This document shows positions 56,472-64,000 of a stretch of DNA of 64,000 bases, piece by piece. The notes below the pieces were generated by a model. That model saw nothing but the letters and a program-made list of their open reading frames with translations. It was not told the origin of the DNA and ran no database searches. Source of the stretch: Minisyncoccota bacterium (GTDB lineage Bacteria > Patescibacteriota > Minisyncoccia > Phycocordibacterales > Phycocordibacteraceae); NCBI GenBank assembly GCA_035547315.1, contig DASZVH010000004.1, positions 76,108 to 140,107 on the forward strand. Direction: 5' to 3'. A program made the position numbers and the translations under genes. Position 1 is the first letter of the stretch, and each line of letters opens with the position of its first letter.

Positions 56472-56969
56472 ATGAGCCATGTCGTGTGGGTGGACGAACA
56501 AGATAACGTGCTCGGCGCAGTCGAGCGCCAGAAAGCGCATGCAGAAGGATTGCGCCATCGAATTTCAGTTATTTTTCTTGTAAACGAGCAGGGCGAAGTC
56601 TTGGTTAATGAGCGAGCGAAAGACGGTCTTCTTGACCATTCCTCCGCGGGACATCTTGACCCAGGCGAAAGTTATCTCAACGGCGCAAAACGGAAGCTAA
56701 AAGAAGAACTCGGAGTGGAAGCTGAACTCACCGATATCGGCCATGGAGAGAGCCGCGATTATCGGCCTCCTCTCGACGGCAGGCATTTCTTCAAAGTATA
56801 TGTTGCTCACGCAAAGCCAGTAGCGCCTGACCCGACCGAAGTAAAGCATGTCTATTGGGCCGATCCCCAAAAGATTCTCGTGGATATGACAAAAAATCCG
56901 GATCGGTATACCGAGGGCTTTAAGGCCTCACTTCCAATATTCTTAAACCGGCCAATGGGAAATCATTAA
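56472..56969 (+). CDS. NUDIX hydrolase (IDI-like)
   Basis: Nudix box GHLDPGESYLNGAKRKLKEELGV; lower GC than flanks; alternative GTG start 56454. Confidence 0.65.
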   Translation: MSHVVWVDEQDNVLGAVERQKAHAEGLRHRISVIFLVNEQGEVLVNERAKDGLLDHSSAGHLDPGESYLNGAKRKLKEELGVEAELTDIGHGESRDYRPPLDGRHFFKVYVAHAKPVAPDPTEVKHVYWADPQKILVDMTKNPDRYTEGFKASLPIFLNRPMGNH

Positions 56970-59189
56970 GAACTCGGCGTTTTTGGTGGGGAGGGATTGG
57001 TAGATTTCCTCGGTGAGGAAGGGCATGAAGGGGTGGAGCGCCTTCACCAAGGCATCGAGCGCGTAGAGGAGGAAGGCCTGGCGCGAGGCCTTTCCCGCCT
57101 CGGGAGCGCTCGAGGGCGCGACTTTGGTGCCGAGTATCTGCTTCGACTCCTCGAGGATCTCGTCGGCGAGCCGATGCCATGCGTAGTGATAGAGCTTCTC
57201 CGCGGCGAGATAGAAGCGGGACTCCTCGAGATCTTTGGTCACATCCGCGAGGAGAGAATCAAGCTCGTCCGCGAGTTCTTGATCGACCGGCAGCAGCGTC
57301 GAGGGATAGTAAGACTTGGCCGAGCGGCCCGGAGCGCTTTCCCGAGATGCTGCTGCCGGGAGATCTGGCGCGCTCTCCAAGATAAAGCGCGCGATGTTCC
57401 ACAATTTATTCGCGAAGTGCTTGTAGCCCTTGACCTTCTGCTCGTCGAACTTTATGTCGTTGCCGACCGCCGTGCCGACCAAGAGGCCCATCCGCAGCGC
57501 GTCCGCTCCATATTTGTCGATCATTTCCAGGGGGTCGATGCCGTTGCCCTGCGACTTGGAGAACTTGCGCCCGCTCTTGTCGCGTACGAGGCCGTGGATC
57601 AGCACGGTCTTGAAGGGGACCTGCCCAAGATGGAAGCCGGCCATGAGTATCATGCGCGAGACCCAGAGAGTGAGGATCTCGTAGCCCGGGCTCATAAAAG
57701 CGGTCGGGTGGTAGGTGCCGAGATCCAGAGTGTGGTCGGGCCAGCCGAGCGTGGAGAAGGTCCAGAGCGCGGAGGAGAACCAGGTGTCGAGCACGTCCGG
57801 GTCCTGGAGCCAGGTCGCGGAGTCCTCGGGCGCCTCGCCCACGCGGATCTCCTCGCCGCGATACCAGACCGGGATCCGGTGGCCGAACCAGATCTGCCTG
57901 CTGATGCACCAGTCGCGCAGGTTGTCGATCCAGTGGAAGTACGCGTTGCGGAATCCCTCTTGCGGCATCGCGACCGCGCCGCTCTCGACCGCCTTGCGCA
58001 TCAGCTGCTTGAGCGTGATCGGCGCTCCGGCGGGGATTCCGGGGATGGAAGAGTGCGCGAGAGTGAAGGGCTTCTCTACGTCCACCCACCACTGCATCTT
58101 GGGCAAGGGCTCGATAACGGCGCCGGTGCGCTCGGCGGTCGCGATGTTTTGCAACACATCCTCCTCCTTCTCCAAGAGGCCCTGGCTCTGGAGCCAGTCG
58201 ACCACGGCCGCGCGCGCCTCGGCGGCCTTGAGCCCGTTAAGGCGGCCCTCGACCTTCATCTTGGCGTATTCGTTGATCACGACGTTGTCGGTGGGGAGCG
58301 CGTGGCGGCGGGCGATCTCCCAGTCTATTTGCGAGTGCGCCGGAGTGACCCCGACCGCGCCGGTGCCGAAGGAGGGATCAACCGCCGCGTCCGCGACGAT
58401 CTTGAGATGGACAGGCACGTCGCAGAATACGGTGTCGTACTCTTTGCCGAGGAACGGCTGGTAGCGCGGGTCCTCGGGGTGCACCGCGACCGCGACGTCG
58501 CCCGCTTTGGTCTCCGGGCGCGTGGTCGCTATCGAGATCGGGAAGTCTTTGGAATATTTGAAGGTGTAGAGCTTGCCCGGGCGCTCCTCGTAGACGATCT
58601 CGTCGTCGCTGATGGTGGTCTGGCCCTTCGGGTCCCAGTTGACGATGCGGTAGCCGCGATAGATAAGCCCGGCCTTGTACATCCGCGTGAAGGCCTCGGT
58701 GACCGCGCGGCTGCGCGCCTTGTCGAGCGCGTAAGCGTAGCGGCTCCAGTCCAGGCTCGCGCCCATGCGGCGGATCTGGTTGAGGATCGTAGACTCGCTC
58801 TCCTTGGCAAAGGCGGTAATCCGGCGCACGAGCTCCTCGCGCCCGAGATCGTGCCGGCTCTTGCCCTCCTCCTTTTGGATATTCTTCTCTACGCGCGCCT
58901 GGGTCGCGATCGCGGCCGAGTCGGTCCCGGGCACAAACAGCGCGCGCTTTCCGCGCATGCGCGCGTAGCGGATCACCGCGTCCTGGAGCGAGTCTTCATA
59001 GGCATGGCCCAGGTGGAGCACGCCCGTGACATTGACCGGCGGGAGCACGACCGAGAAGGGCTCGGTGCGCTCGCCTGGGAGATTGTCGGGGTTGAAATAC
59101 CCGCTCTTCTCCCAGGCCTCGTAGATTCTCCCCTCGGTCCCTGCCGGGTCGTAGGGCTTGGTGAATTTGGGGTCTACCTCTTTTGCCAT
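56943..59189 (-). CDS. valS: valine--tRNA ligase (short form)
   Basis: PPVNVTGVLHLGHA (HIGH), KFSKSQGN (KMSKS), ValS-type N-terminus YDPAGTEGRIYEAWEKSGYF; 748 aa, shorter than typical ValS. Confidence 0.75.
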   Translation of the reverse strand: MAKEVDPKFTKPYDPAGTEGRIYEAWEKSGYFNPDNLPGERTEPFSVVLPPVNVTGVLHLGHAYEDSLQDAVIRYARMRGKRALFVPGTDSAAIATQARVEKNIQKEEGKSRHDLGREELVRRITAFAKESESTILNQIRRMGASLDWSRYAYALDKARSRAVTEAFTRMYKAGLIYRGYRIVNWDPKGQTTISDDEIVYEERPGKLYTFKYSKDFPISIATTRPETKAGDVAVAVHPEDPRYQPFLGKEYDTVFCDVPVHLKIVADAAVDPSFGTGAVGVTPAHSQIDWEIARRHALPTDNVVINEYAKMKVEGRLNGLKAAEARAAVVDWLQSQGLLEKEEDVLQNIATAERTGAVIEPLPKMQWWVDVEKPFTLAHSSIPGIPAGAPITLKQLMRKAVESGAVAMPQEGFRNAYFHWIDNLRDWCISRQIWFGHRIPVWYRGEEIRVGEAPEDSATWLQDPDVLDTWFSSALWTFSTLGWPDHTLDLGTYHPTAFMSPGYEILTLWVSRMILMAGFHLGQVPFKTVLIHGLVRDKSGRKFSKSQGNGIDPLEMIDKYGADALRMGLLVGTAVGNDIKFDEQKVKGYKHFANKLWNIARFILESAPDLPAAASRESAPGRSAKSYYPSTLLPVDQELADELDSLLADVTKDLEESRFYLAAEKLYHYAWHRLADEILEESKQILGTKVAPSSAPEAGKASRQAFLLYALDALVKALHPFMPFLTEEIYQSLPTKNAEFLMISHWPV

Positions 59190-59230
59190 TGCCTACGAAA
59201 TATAGCAAAAACCGCGCCAAAAGGCGCGGC

Positions 59231-60460
59231 TTAGGCGAGCGAGAGGGCGCCGGAGGCGGAGAGGGTGGCGGGGTCGGCGAAGTCGGAGCGGAGCGCGCGG
59301 AAGTAGCCCGCGAGCGCGATCATGAGCGCGTTGTCGGTGGTGAGGTCCGCGGAGGGGATGCGCAGGTCTACACCCGGAAATTCTTTAGCGATGTTTTCTT
59401 TAAAAACGCGGCGGATGTGAGTGTTGGCCGAGACGCCGCCGCCGATCACCACGGTCTTCGCGCCGGTCTCCTTGAGCGCTCGCGCGGTCTTCGCCCAGAG
59501 CACCTCGCTTACCGCCTCCTCGAAGGCGAGCGCGATACGCTTTTTGTCTTCATCGTTGATGCCGTCCTGCTTCTTCAAGAGATAGAGCACCGCCGTCTTG
59601 AGTCCGGCGAAGGAGAAGTCGCAGGTGGCGTCATGGAGCATCGGGCGGGGGAGCGCGAGGCCTTTTATGAAATCGTCCGGCTCATTGCGCGCCGCCTCCG
59701 CGAGTTTTGATATCTGCGGGCCGCCCGGGTAGAGGAGGCCGAGCATGCGCGCGACCTTGTCGAAGGCCTCGCCGACCGCGTCGTCGCGCGTCTGGCCGAT
59801 CAATTCGTACTCTAACCACTCGCGCATAAGCACGAGCTCGGTGTGTCCACCCGAGATAAGGAGCGCGAGGATAGGCACCTCGACGCCTTTGATCTCAAGC
59901 GTCTCTCCGCTCTTCTGCGCCAGGCCCGCGAGCACATGCCCCTCCATATGATTAACGGCGACTATCGGCAGCCCCCACGCCGCTGCGAGTGCCTTGGCGA
60001 AGTTGATGCCCACCCAGAGCGCGGGCTCGAGCCCGGGGCCCGCGGTGACCGCGATCGCGTCGAGCGCGGGCCGCTCGCACTCCTTCAAAAATTCGAGCAA
60101 ATTCTCCGCGAGCGCGCCCTCGCGCGCGAGCAGATCGGCGAGCGAGGCGCGCAGCGCCTCGTCGAGCTCCTGCTCGCTTTCATGCAAAAGCTCCGCCTCC
60201 TCGAGCGCGGCCTCAAGCAGGGGGACAAGATTCTTGGCGTGCTCGCGCTTGGCGAGCGCGGGGAAGACGCCGCCATATTCCGCGTGCTTCTCCACCTGCG
60301 AAAGCAGGGCGTTGCCGAGAATCTTGAAACTCGCGGAAGAGGGAGCTTCTCTTCGGGTTGAGAGTCCAGCAAAACCCTTCGAGAAGCTCCCTCCTCCGCT
60401 CGCCTCCACGACCGCTACCGCGGTCTCGTCGCAACTGGTCTCGATAGCCAGGATTTTCAT
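59231..60460 (-). CDS. tsaD: tRNA N6-adenosine threonylcarbamoyltransferase TsaD (with about 70-aa insertion)
   Basis: MKILAIETSCDETAVAVV, ...ALLISGGHTELV..., GVEVPILAL; start cat 60458-60460; track ORF extension to 60772 is antisense of orn. Confidence 0.85.
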   Translation of the reverse strand: MKILAIETSCDETAVAVVEASGGGSFSKGFAGLSTRREAPSSASFKILGNALLSQVEKHAEYGGVFPALAKREHAKNLVPLLEAALEEAELLHESEQELDEALRASLADLLAREGALAENLLEFLKECERPALDAIAVTAGPGLEPALWVGINFAKALAAAWGLPIVAVNHMEGHVLAGLAQKSGETLEIKGVEVPILALLISGGHTELVLMREWLEYELIGQTRDDAVGEAFDKVARMLGLLYPGGPQISKLAEAARNEPDDFIKGLALPRPMLHDATCDFSFAGLKTAVLYLLKKQDGINDEDKKRIALAFEEAVSEVLWAKTARALKETGAKTVVIGGGVSANTHIRRVFKENIAKEFPGVDLRIPSADLTTDNALMIALAGYFRALRSDFADPATLSASGALSLA

Positions 60461-60484
60461 AGCGCTATCCTGTACTATAACCGC

Positions 60485-61039
60485 ATGCAGCGCAACGACC
60501 TCCTCTGCTGGGTTGACCTCGAGATGACCTCGCTCGCGGACGCCCGCAAAGACTCGATCATCGAGCTCGCGCTCGTGCTTACGGACGGGGAATTGAACGT
60601 AGTCGCCGAGGGGCCGGATCTCATCATCCACGCGGAGCAGGCAGTTTTTGACGCCCTGCCGGCGGAGGTACGCGCTTTCCACGAGGCGACCGGCATCATC
60701 CCCGAGGCAGTTGCGAGCGAGCTCACGGAAGGGGAGGCCGAAGAGCGGGTGCTCGCTTTCCTCAAGGAGCATTGCGCGCCGCAGTCGGCGCCCCTATGCG
60801 GCAACTCGATCTCGACTGATCGCCACTTCCTCAAGACGCGAATGCCTGCGCTCGACCAGTACCTTTTCTACCGCTCGATAGACGTCTCAAGCATCAAAGA
60901 GCTCGCCAAGCGCTGGGCGCCCGAGGTTTTTGAAAAAGCGCGCGAGCGCAAAGGCGCGAGCGCGCATCGCGCCAAGAGCGACATCATGAAATCGATAGAG
61001 GAGCTCCGCTTCTACCGCGGCGCCCTGTTTACTCGCTGA
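60485..61039 (+). CDS. orn: oligoribonuclease
   Basis: DEDDh motifs: LCWVDLEMTSL, CGNSISTDRHFL, HRAKSDI. Confidence 0.85.
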   Translation: MQRNDLLCWVDLEMTSLADARKDSIIELALVLTDGELNVVAEGPDLIIHAEQAVFDALPAEVRAFHEATGIIPEAVASELTEGEAEERVLAFLKEHCAPQSAPLCGNSISTDRHFLKTRMPALDQYLFYRSIDVSSIKELAKRWAPEVFEKARERKGASAHRAKSDIMKSIEELRFYRGALFTR

Positions 61040-61881
61040 CTTCTTCCCAGGGCAGGGGGCCGCCGGCGGGGATGAAGAAGCCGGCAGAGCCCTTGAGGCC
61101 ATTGCCGCCGTATTTGCGGGCTATCGCGGCGACATCTACTGAGCCGTCGCCGCGTATCGAGACGCCGAAGCCGTCCGGGTGCGCAGAGACCACAAGCGCC
61201 AAGGGCGGCCACTTGCTTGCGAGCTCGTGACCCACATGGGATTTCATCGCCATCACTGGGTGCGTGATGCCGAAGCCGATCTCGTAGCCCTCAAATTTAA
61301 CCTTCTTTGCGCCCGCAACCGACATCTCGGCAAGCTTAAGGAAGTACTCGTTGTAGGTCTTGGCGGTCGAGAGAATCTTGGCCTCTCCCTCTGGCGTCTC
61401 GAGCGCTTTCACGATGCGATCCCAGCTTTCAAAGTCATAGGGCTCGACGATGAGGTAGGAGTAGATCTCCTCGGTCTCGGGGAGCGCGTAGCGGTAGAGG
61501 TCGCCGTCTTCGATGAAGGTGAGGAGCTTCGGCGTTGGCTCGCCCGGGTGGAAGTAGCTCCAGGAAATCGTCGCGCCCGAGTGTTCAGTGTCGAAAACGC
61601 CGGGATACTGTGTCGCCACATCTTTCACACCATGGTGATGGTCGAGAATCGCGATTGATTTCGTGCGTGCAGAAAACTCCTCAAGCTCTTTAGCTGTAGG
61701 GCAGAAGTCGACAAAGACTACATCTCGCTCCTCCATCTTCTCGGGCAGGGGCTTGCCGTAGGAGACGGGGATGTACTCGGCCTCTTCGCCGAACTTCTTC
61801 CAGGCGGCGTATGCGGCGCCGAAACCGTCGATGCACTTGCTGTGATAGAGGATTACCTGCTGCTGCTTCTCGTGCGGGGTC
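61029..61881 (-). CDS. DHH-family phosphoesterase (NrnA-like nanoRNase/pAp phosphatase)
   Basis: DHH motifs: LYHSKCIDGFGAAYAAW, FVDFCP, ILDHHH; DHHA1-like GGNGLKGSAG; start cat 61879-61881. Confidence 0.7.
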
Positions 61882-61888
61882 ATGATGG

Positions 61889-62800
61889 TTATTTTACAAA
61901 ACGAGTATATATCCCTGCGGGGACCACGCGCTCGGTCGAGGACTCTTTGATAAGGAGCTCGCCGGATTCTCCCGCCGTTTCGCCGAAGGCGCTCTCGACT
62001 GCCTGGGAGAAAGCGCGCGGCGAGTAGCCGGCAGCGTAGCCCGAAATAAGGAAGAAGGAGCCTGGCGCCTCGCCCAAGAGCTCTTTGAGGACGGCGAGGA
62101 GCGTGGGCAAGTCCTCCTCGATCTTCCACACCTCGCCTTTGCCGCCGCGGCCGAAGGCCGGCGGGTCGAGTATGATGCCCTCATACTTCGCCCCGCGGCG
62201 CGCCTCGCGCTTGGCGAAGGCGAGGCAATCGTCCGGGATCCAGCGGATCGCGCCCTCGGCGAGGCCGGTGGCGCGCGCGTTCTCATGCGCGTAGTCGAGC
62301 GATTGCTTCGAGGAGTCCACATGCGTCACGAAAGCGCCTGCGTGCGCCGCCGCCAAGGTCGCGACGCCGGTATAGCCGAAGAGGTTCAGCACGCTCGGTT
62401 TCTCGACGCCACCCGCGATAAGCGCTTTGACCCGATCCTTGATCCAGATCCAGTTGGGTTCCTGCTCGGGGAAGACGCCGGTATGCTTGAAGCCCGAGAG
62501 GCGAGCAATGAACTTGAGCGGGCCGCGGCTCATCTCCCAGCCGTTATCGAGGTTTAACCTCGATAACGGAGGTAACGGAGGTTTAACCTCGGTGACGGTC
62601 CAACTGCCTTTGCCGTTTGAGAAGGCGAACTCCGCGCTTGTCTCGCTCCAACGTTCGGGCGCGCGTTTAGCCCAGAGCGCCTGCGTCTCCGGGCGCGCGA
62701 CGACGATCTTGCCGAAGCGCTCGAGCTTCATGTTCTCGCCGCTGTCGAGGAGCTCGTAGTCCTCCCAGCCTTTGGTCACCAGGTGTTTGTCGTGGGTCAT
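61889..62800 (-). CDS. class I SAM-dependent rRNA methyltransferase (RlmI/RlmK-like)
   Basis: VLNLFGYTGVATLAAAHAGA, ...IILDPPAFGRG..., PUA-like N-terminus; start cat 62798-62800 (ATGA overlap with rlmB-like stop). Confidence 0.7.
   Translation of the reverse strand: MTHDKHLVTKGWEDYELLDSGENMKLERFGKIVVARPETQALWAKRAPERWSETSAEFAFSNGKGSWTVTEVKPPLPPLSRLNLDNGWEMSRGPLKFIARLSGFKHTGVFPEQEPNWIWIKDRVKALIAGGVEKPSVLNLFGYTGVATLAAAHAGAFVTHVDSSKQSLDYAHENARATGLAEGAIRWIPDDCLAFAKREARRGAKYEGIILDPPAFGRGGKGEVWKIEEDLPTLLAVLKELLGEAPGSFFLISGYAAGYSPRAFSQAVESAFGETAGESGELLIKESSTERVVPAGIYTRFVK
62541..62598. repeat. 29-nt perfect palindrome (CCGTTATCGAGGTT-t-AACCTCGATAACGG) plus adjacent partial copy (CGGAGGTTTAACCTCGG) inside methyltransferase coding sequence, in-frame
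   Basis: Read directly; encodes ...PPLPPLSRLNLDNG...; AT-richer than flanks. Confidence 0.55.
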
Positions 62801-63561
62801 GCAGAAGGGGTCGACAGGGAAGCGGGGTGCTTTTTGCTCCACTCGTAGAAGACGATGCCTGCCGAGGCTGCGGCGTTAAGCGATTCGGTGCGCGGGTGCA
62901 TCGGGATGGCGAGCGTGATATCGCAGGCCGCGAGCGTCTTTTCCCTGATTCCCGCGCCTTCGTTCCCGATCACGAACGCCGAGGGCTTCTCGAAGCCTTC
63001 GTTCCCGAGCGCTTGGCCCTCCATGTCGAGGCCGTAGGTCCAGAAGCCCTTCTTCTTCAAGACCTCGAGCGCGTGGTTGACGTTGCCTATAGAGACGAGC
63101 GGGATGCGGAAGGCCATGCCCGCCGAGCTCTTCACCACGGCGCCCGTGATCGGCGCCTGATTACGCTCGGGGATGAGCACGGCCGAGAGGCCGAAGGCCG
63201 CCGCCGAGCGGATGATCGCGCCCACGTTGTGCGGGTCTTGCACTTCTCCGAGGACTGCTATCGCGGTATCTTCTGATACCTCAAGCGACTCGATAAAGTC
63301 ATCAAATTGCGTCAGGAGCTTCCCCGGCTCCATGAGCGCGACGACGCCCTGGTGGACCGCGTCGCGCCCAGCCATCTCGTTGCCGTTCTTGAGGAGGTCG
63401 GTCGGGATCTTGTGCGTAGCGAGCATCTCCGCGAGCTCGTGGTCGCGGAGCTCGGGCGCGAGATATACTTTCTTGATGACGGCCGGATTGCCCGCAAGCG
63501 CCTCCTCAAGCGCGTGCTTGCCGTAGATATAGACCTTCTCGTTCTTTTGCGGCCGAGCCAT
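62797..63561 (-). CDS. rlmB: TrmH/SpoU-family RNA 2'-O-methyltransferase (RlmB-like)
   Basis: VYIYGKHALEEAL, QDPHNVGAIIRSAAAFG, FVIGNEGAGI, ...ESLNAAASAGIVFYEW. Confidence 0.8.
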   Translation of the reverse strand: MARPQKNEKVYIYGKHALEEALAGNPAVIKKVYLAPELRDHELAEMLATHKIPTDLLKNGNEMAGRDAVHQGVVALMEPGKLLTQFDDFIESLEVSEDTAIAVLGEVQDPHNVGAIIRSAAAFGLSAVLIPERNQAPITGAVVKSSAGMAFRIPLVSIGNVNHALEVLKKKGFWTYGLDMEGQALGNEGFEKPSAFVIGNEGAGIREKTLAACDITLAIPMHPRTESLNAAASAGIVFYEWSKKHPASLSTPSA

Positions 63562-63563
63562 TT

Positions 63564-63639
63564 TGGTGCGCGGTGAGGGACTTGAACCCCCGACCCCATC
63601 CACGTCAAGGAAGTGCTCTACCAACTGAGCTAACCGCGC
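63564..63639 (-). tRNA. tRNA-Val (anticodon GAC), CCA encoded
   Basis: Minus strand GCGCGGTTAGCTCAGTTGGTAGAGCACTTCCTTGACGTGGATGGGGTCGGGGGTTCAAGTCCCTCACCGCGCACCA; anticodon loop UUGACGU (one U-U mismatch in stem). Confidence 0.7.
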
Positions 63640-63989
63640 GCCCCTGGAGGATACATTTTTTCGCGCAATTCCTCAAGCTGCCGCAAGACGGCGGGATCGG
63701 CGATCTTGGCGAAGCGGGGGAAGCGCTTGCCTTCCTTCTCGACCTCTTCCATGAACATCGACAAGGGGCGCACGTCGAACATCCTGCCATTCTTATAGAC
63801 AAAGGCCTCATAGAGCGGGCGATAGACCACGAGAAAGCGATCGCGCTCCTCACAGTCGTCCTCGGTGTGGTGGCCGATGCCGACGACCTCGTAGGCGTAG
63901 TTATTAAACGCACCGGCGGGGTCGTGCTTGTAGTGGTAATAAAAACCGATCTGCGGTACCTCGGTGGGGACAGACGATTCGTACGCCAT
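63630..63989 (-). CDS. DUF1653 domain protein
   Basis: GFYYHYKHDPAGAFNNYAYEVVGIGHHTEDDCEERDRFLVVYRPLYEA...FDVRPLSMFMEEV matches DUF1653; last 3 codons overlap tRNA-Val 5' end. Confidence 0.55.
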   Translation of the reverse strand: MAYESSVPTEVPQIGFYYHYKHDPAGAFNNYAYEVVGIGHHTEDDCEERDRFLVVYRPLYEAFVYKNGRMFDVRPLSMFMEEVEKEGKRFPRFAKIADPAVLRQLEELREKMYPPGARG

Positions 63990-64000
63990 CCGCTCAGTAT

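Noticed and set aside
56997-59234. 745-aa + strand ORF
   Set aside because: Antisense of valS.
59231-60772. 513-aa track ORF for tsaD
   Set aside because: 5' 100 codons are antisense to orn; conserved TsaD N-terminus MKILAIETSCDE begins at 60460.

Overview
This is a high-GC bacterial chromosomal segment, roughly two-thirds G+C judged by eye. It is densely packed with housekeeping genes. It encodes an outer-membrane lipoprotein MlaA and a small beta-barrel-like secreted protein, which points to a diderm cell envelope. Core genes recognised include typA/bipA, lepA, ftsH, recG, valS, tsaD, orn, an NrnA-like DHH phosphoesterase, smpB, pyrC, a pyrD-like gene, murJ, htpX, lemA, cfa, alkB, an rlmB/TrmH-like methyltransferase and an RlmI-like methyltransferase. 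Efflux and exchange systems include two HlyD-like adaptors with an EmrB-like MFS pump and a MarR regulator, a Ca2+/H+ exchanger, and an ABC-2 exporter pair. Many genes encode secreted or membrane proteins: a class-F sortase, peptidoglycan-binding-domain proteins, a roughly 1480-aa multidomain surface protein, and neighbouring chagasin-like (I42) and MliC-type periplasmic inhibitor genes. Stable RNA genes not present in the ORF track are tmRNA (ssrA, directly downstream of smpB), RNase P RNA, and six tRNAs: Ile-UAU, Ser-GGA, Gly-CCC, Arg-CCU, Phe-GAA and Val-GAC. Two lower-GC islets sit immediately 3' of tRNA-Ser and tRNA-Gly. Each has a degenerate duplicate of the tRNA 3' end, which looks like the remnant of an integrative element. 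The most unusual signal is a family of short palindromic elements (33 to 57 nt, core CAAGGTCGAACCTTG / GAGGTTTAACCTC) sitting in-frame inside conserved genes: lepA, recG and an RlmI-like methyltransferase. This resembles Rickettsia palindromic elements. A MazG-like gene is frameshifted at a (GC)n run. Two tRNAs end 2 nt before start codons, which predicts leaderless mRNAs. Several long + or - ORFs in the track are antisense shadows of real genes and were rejected.
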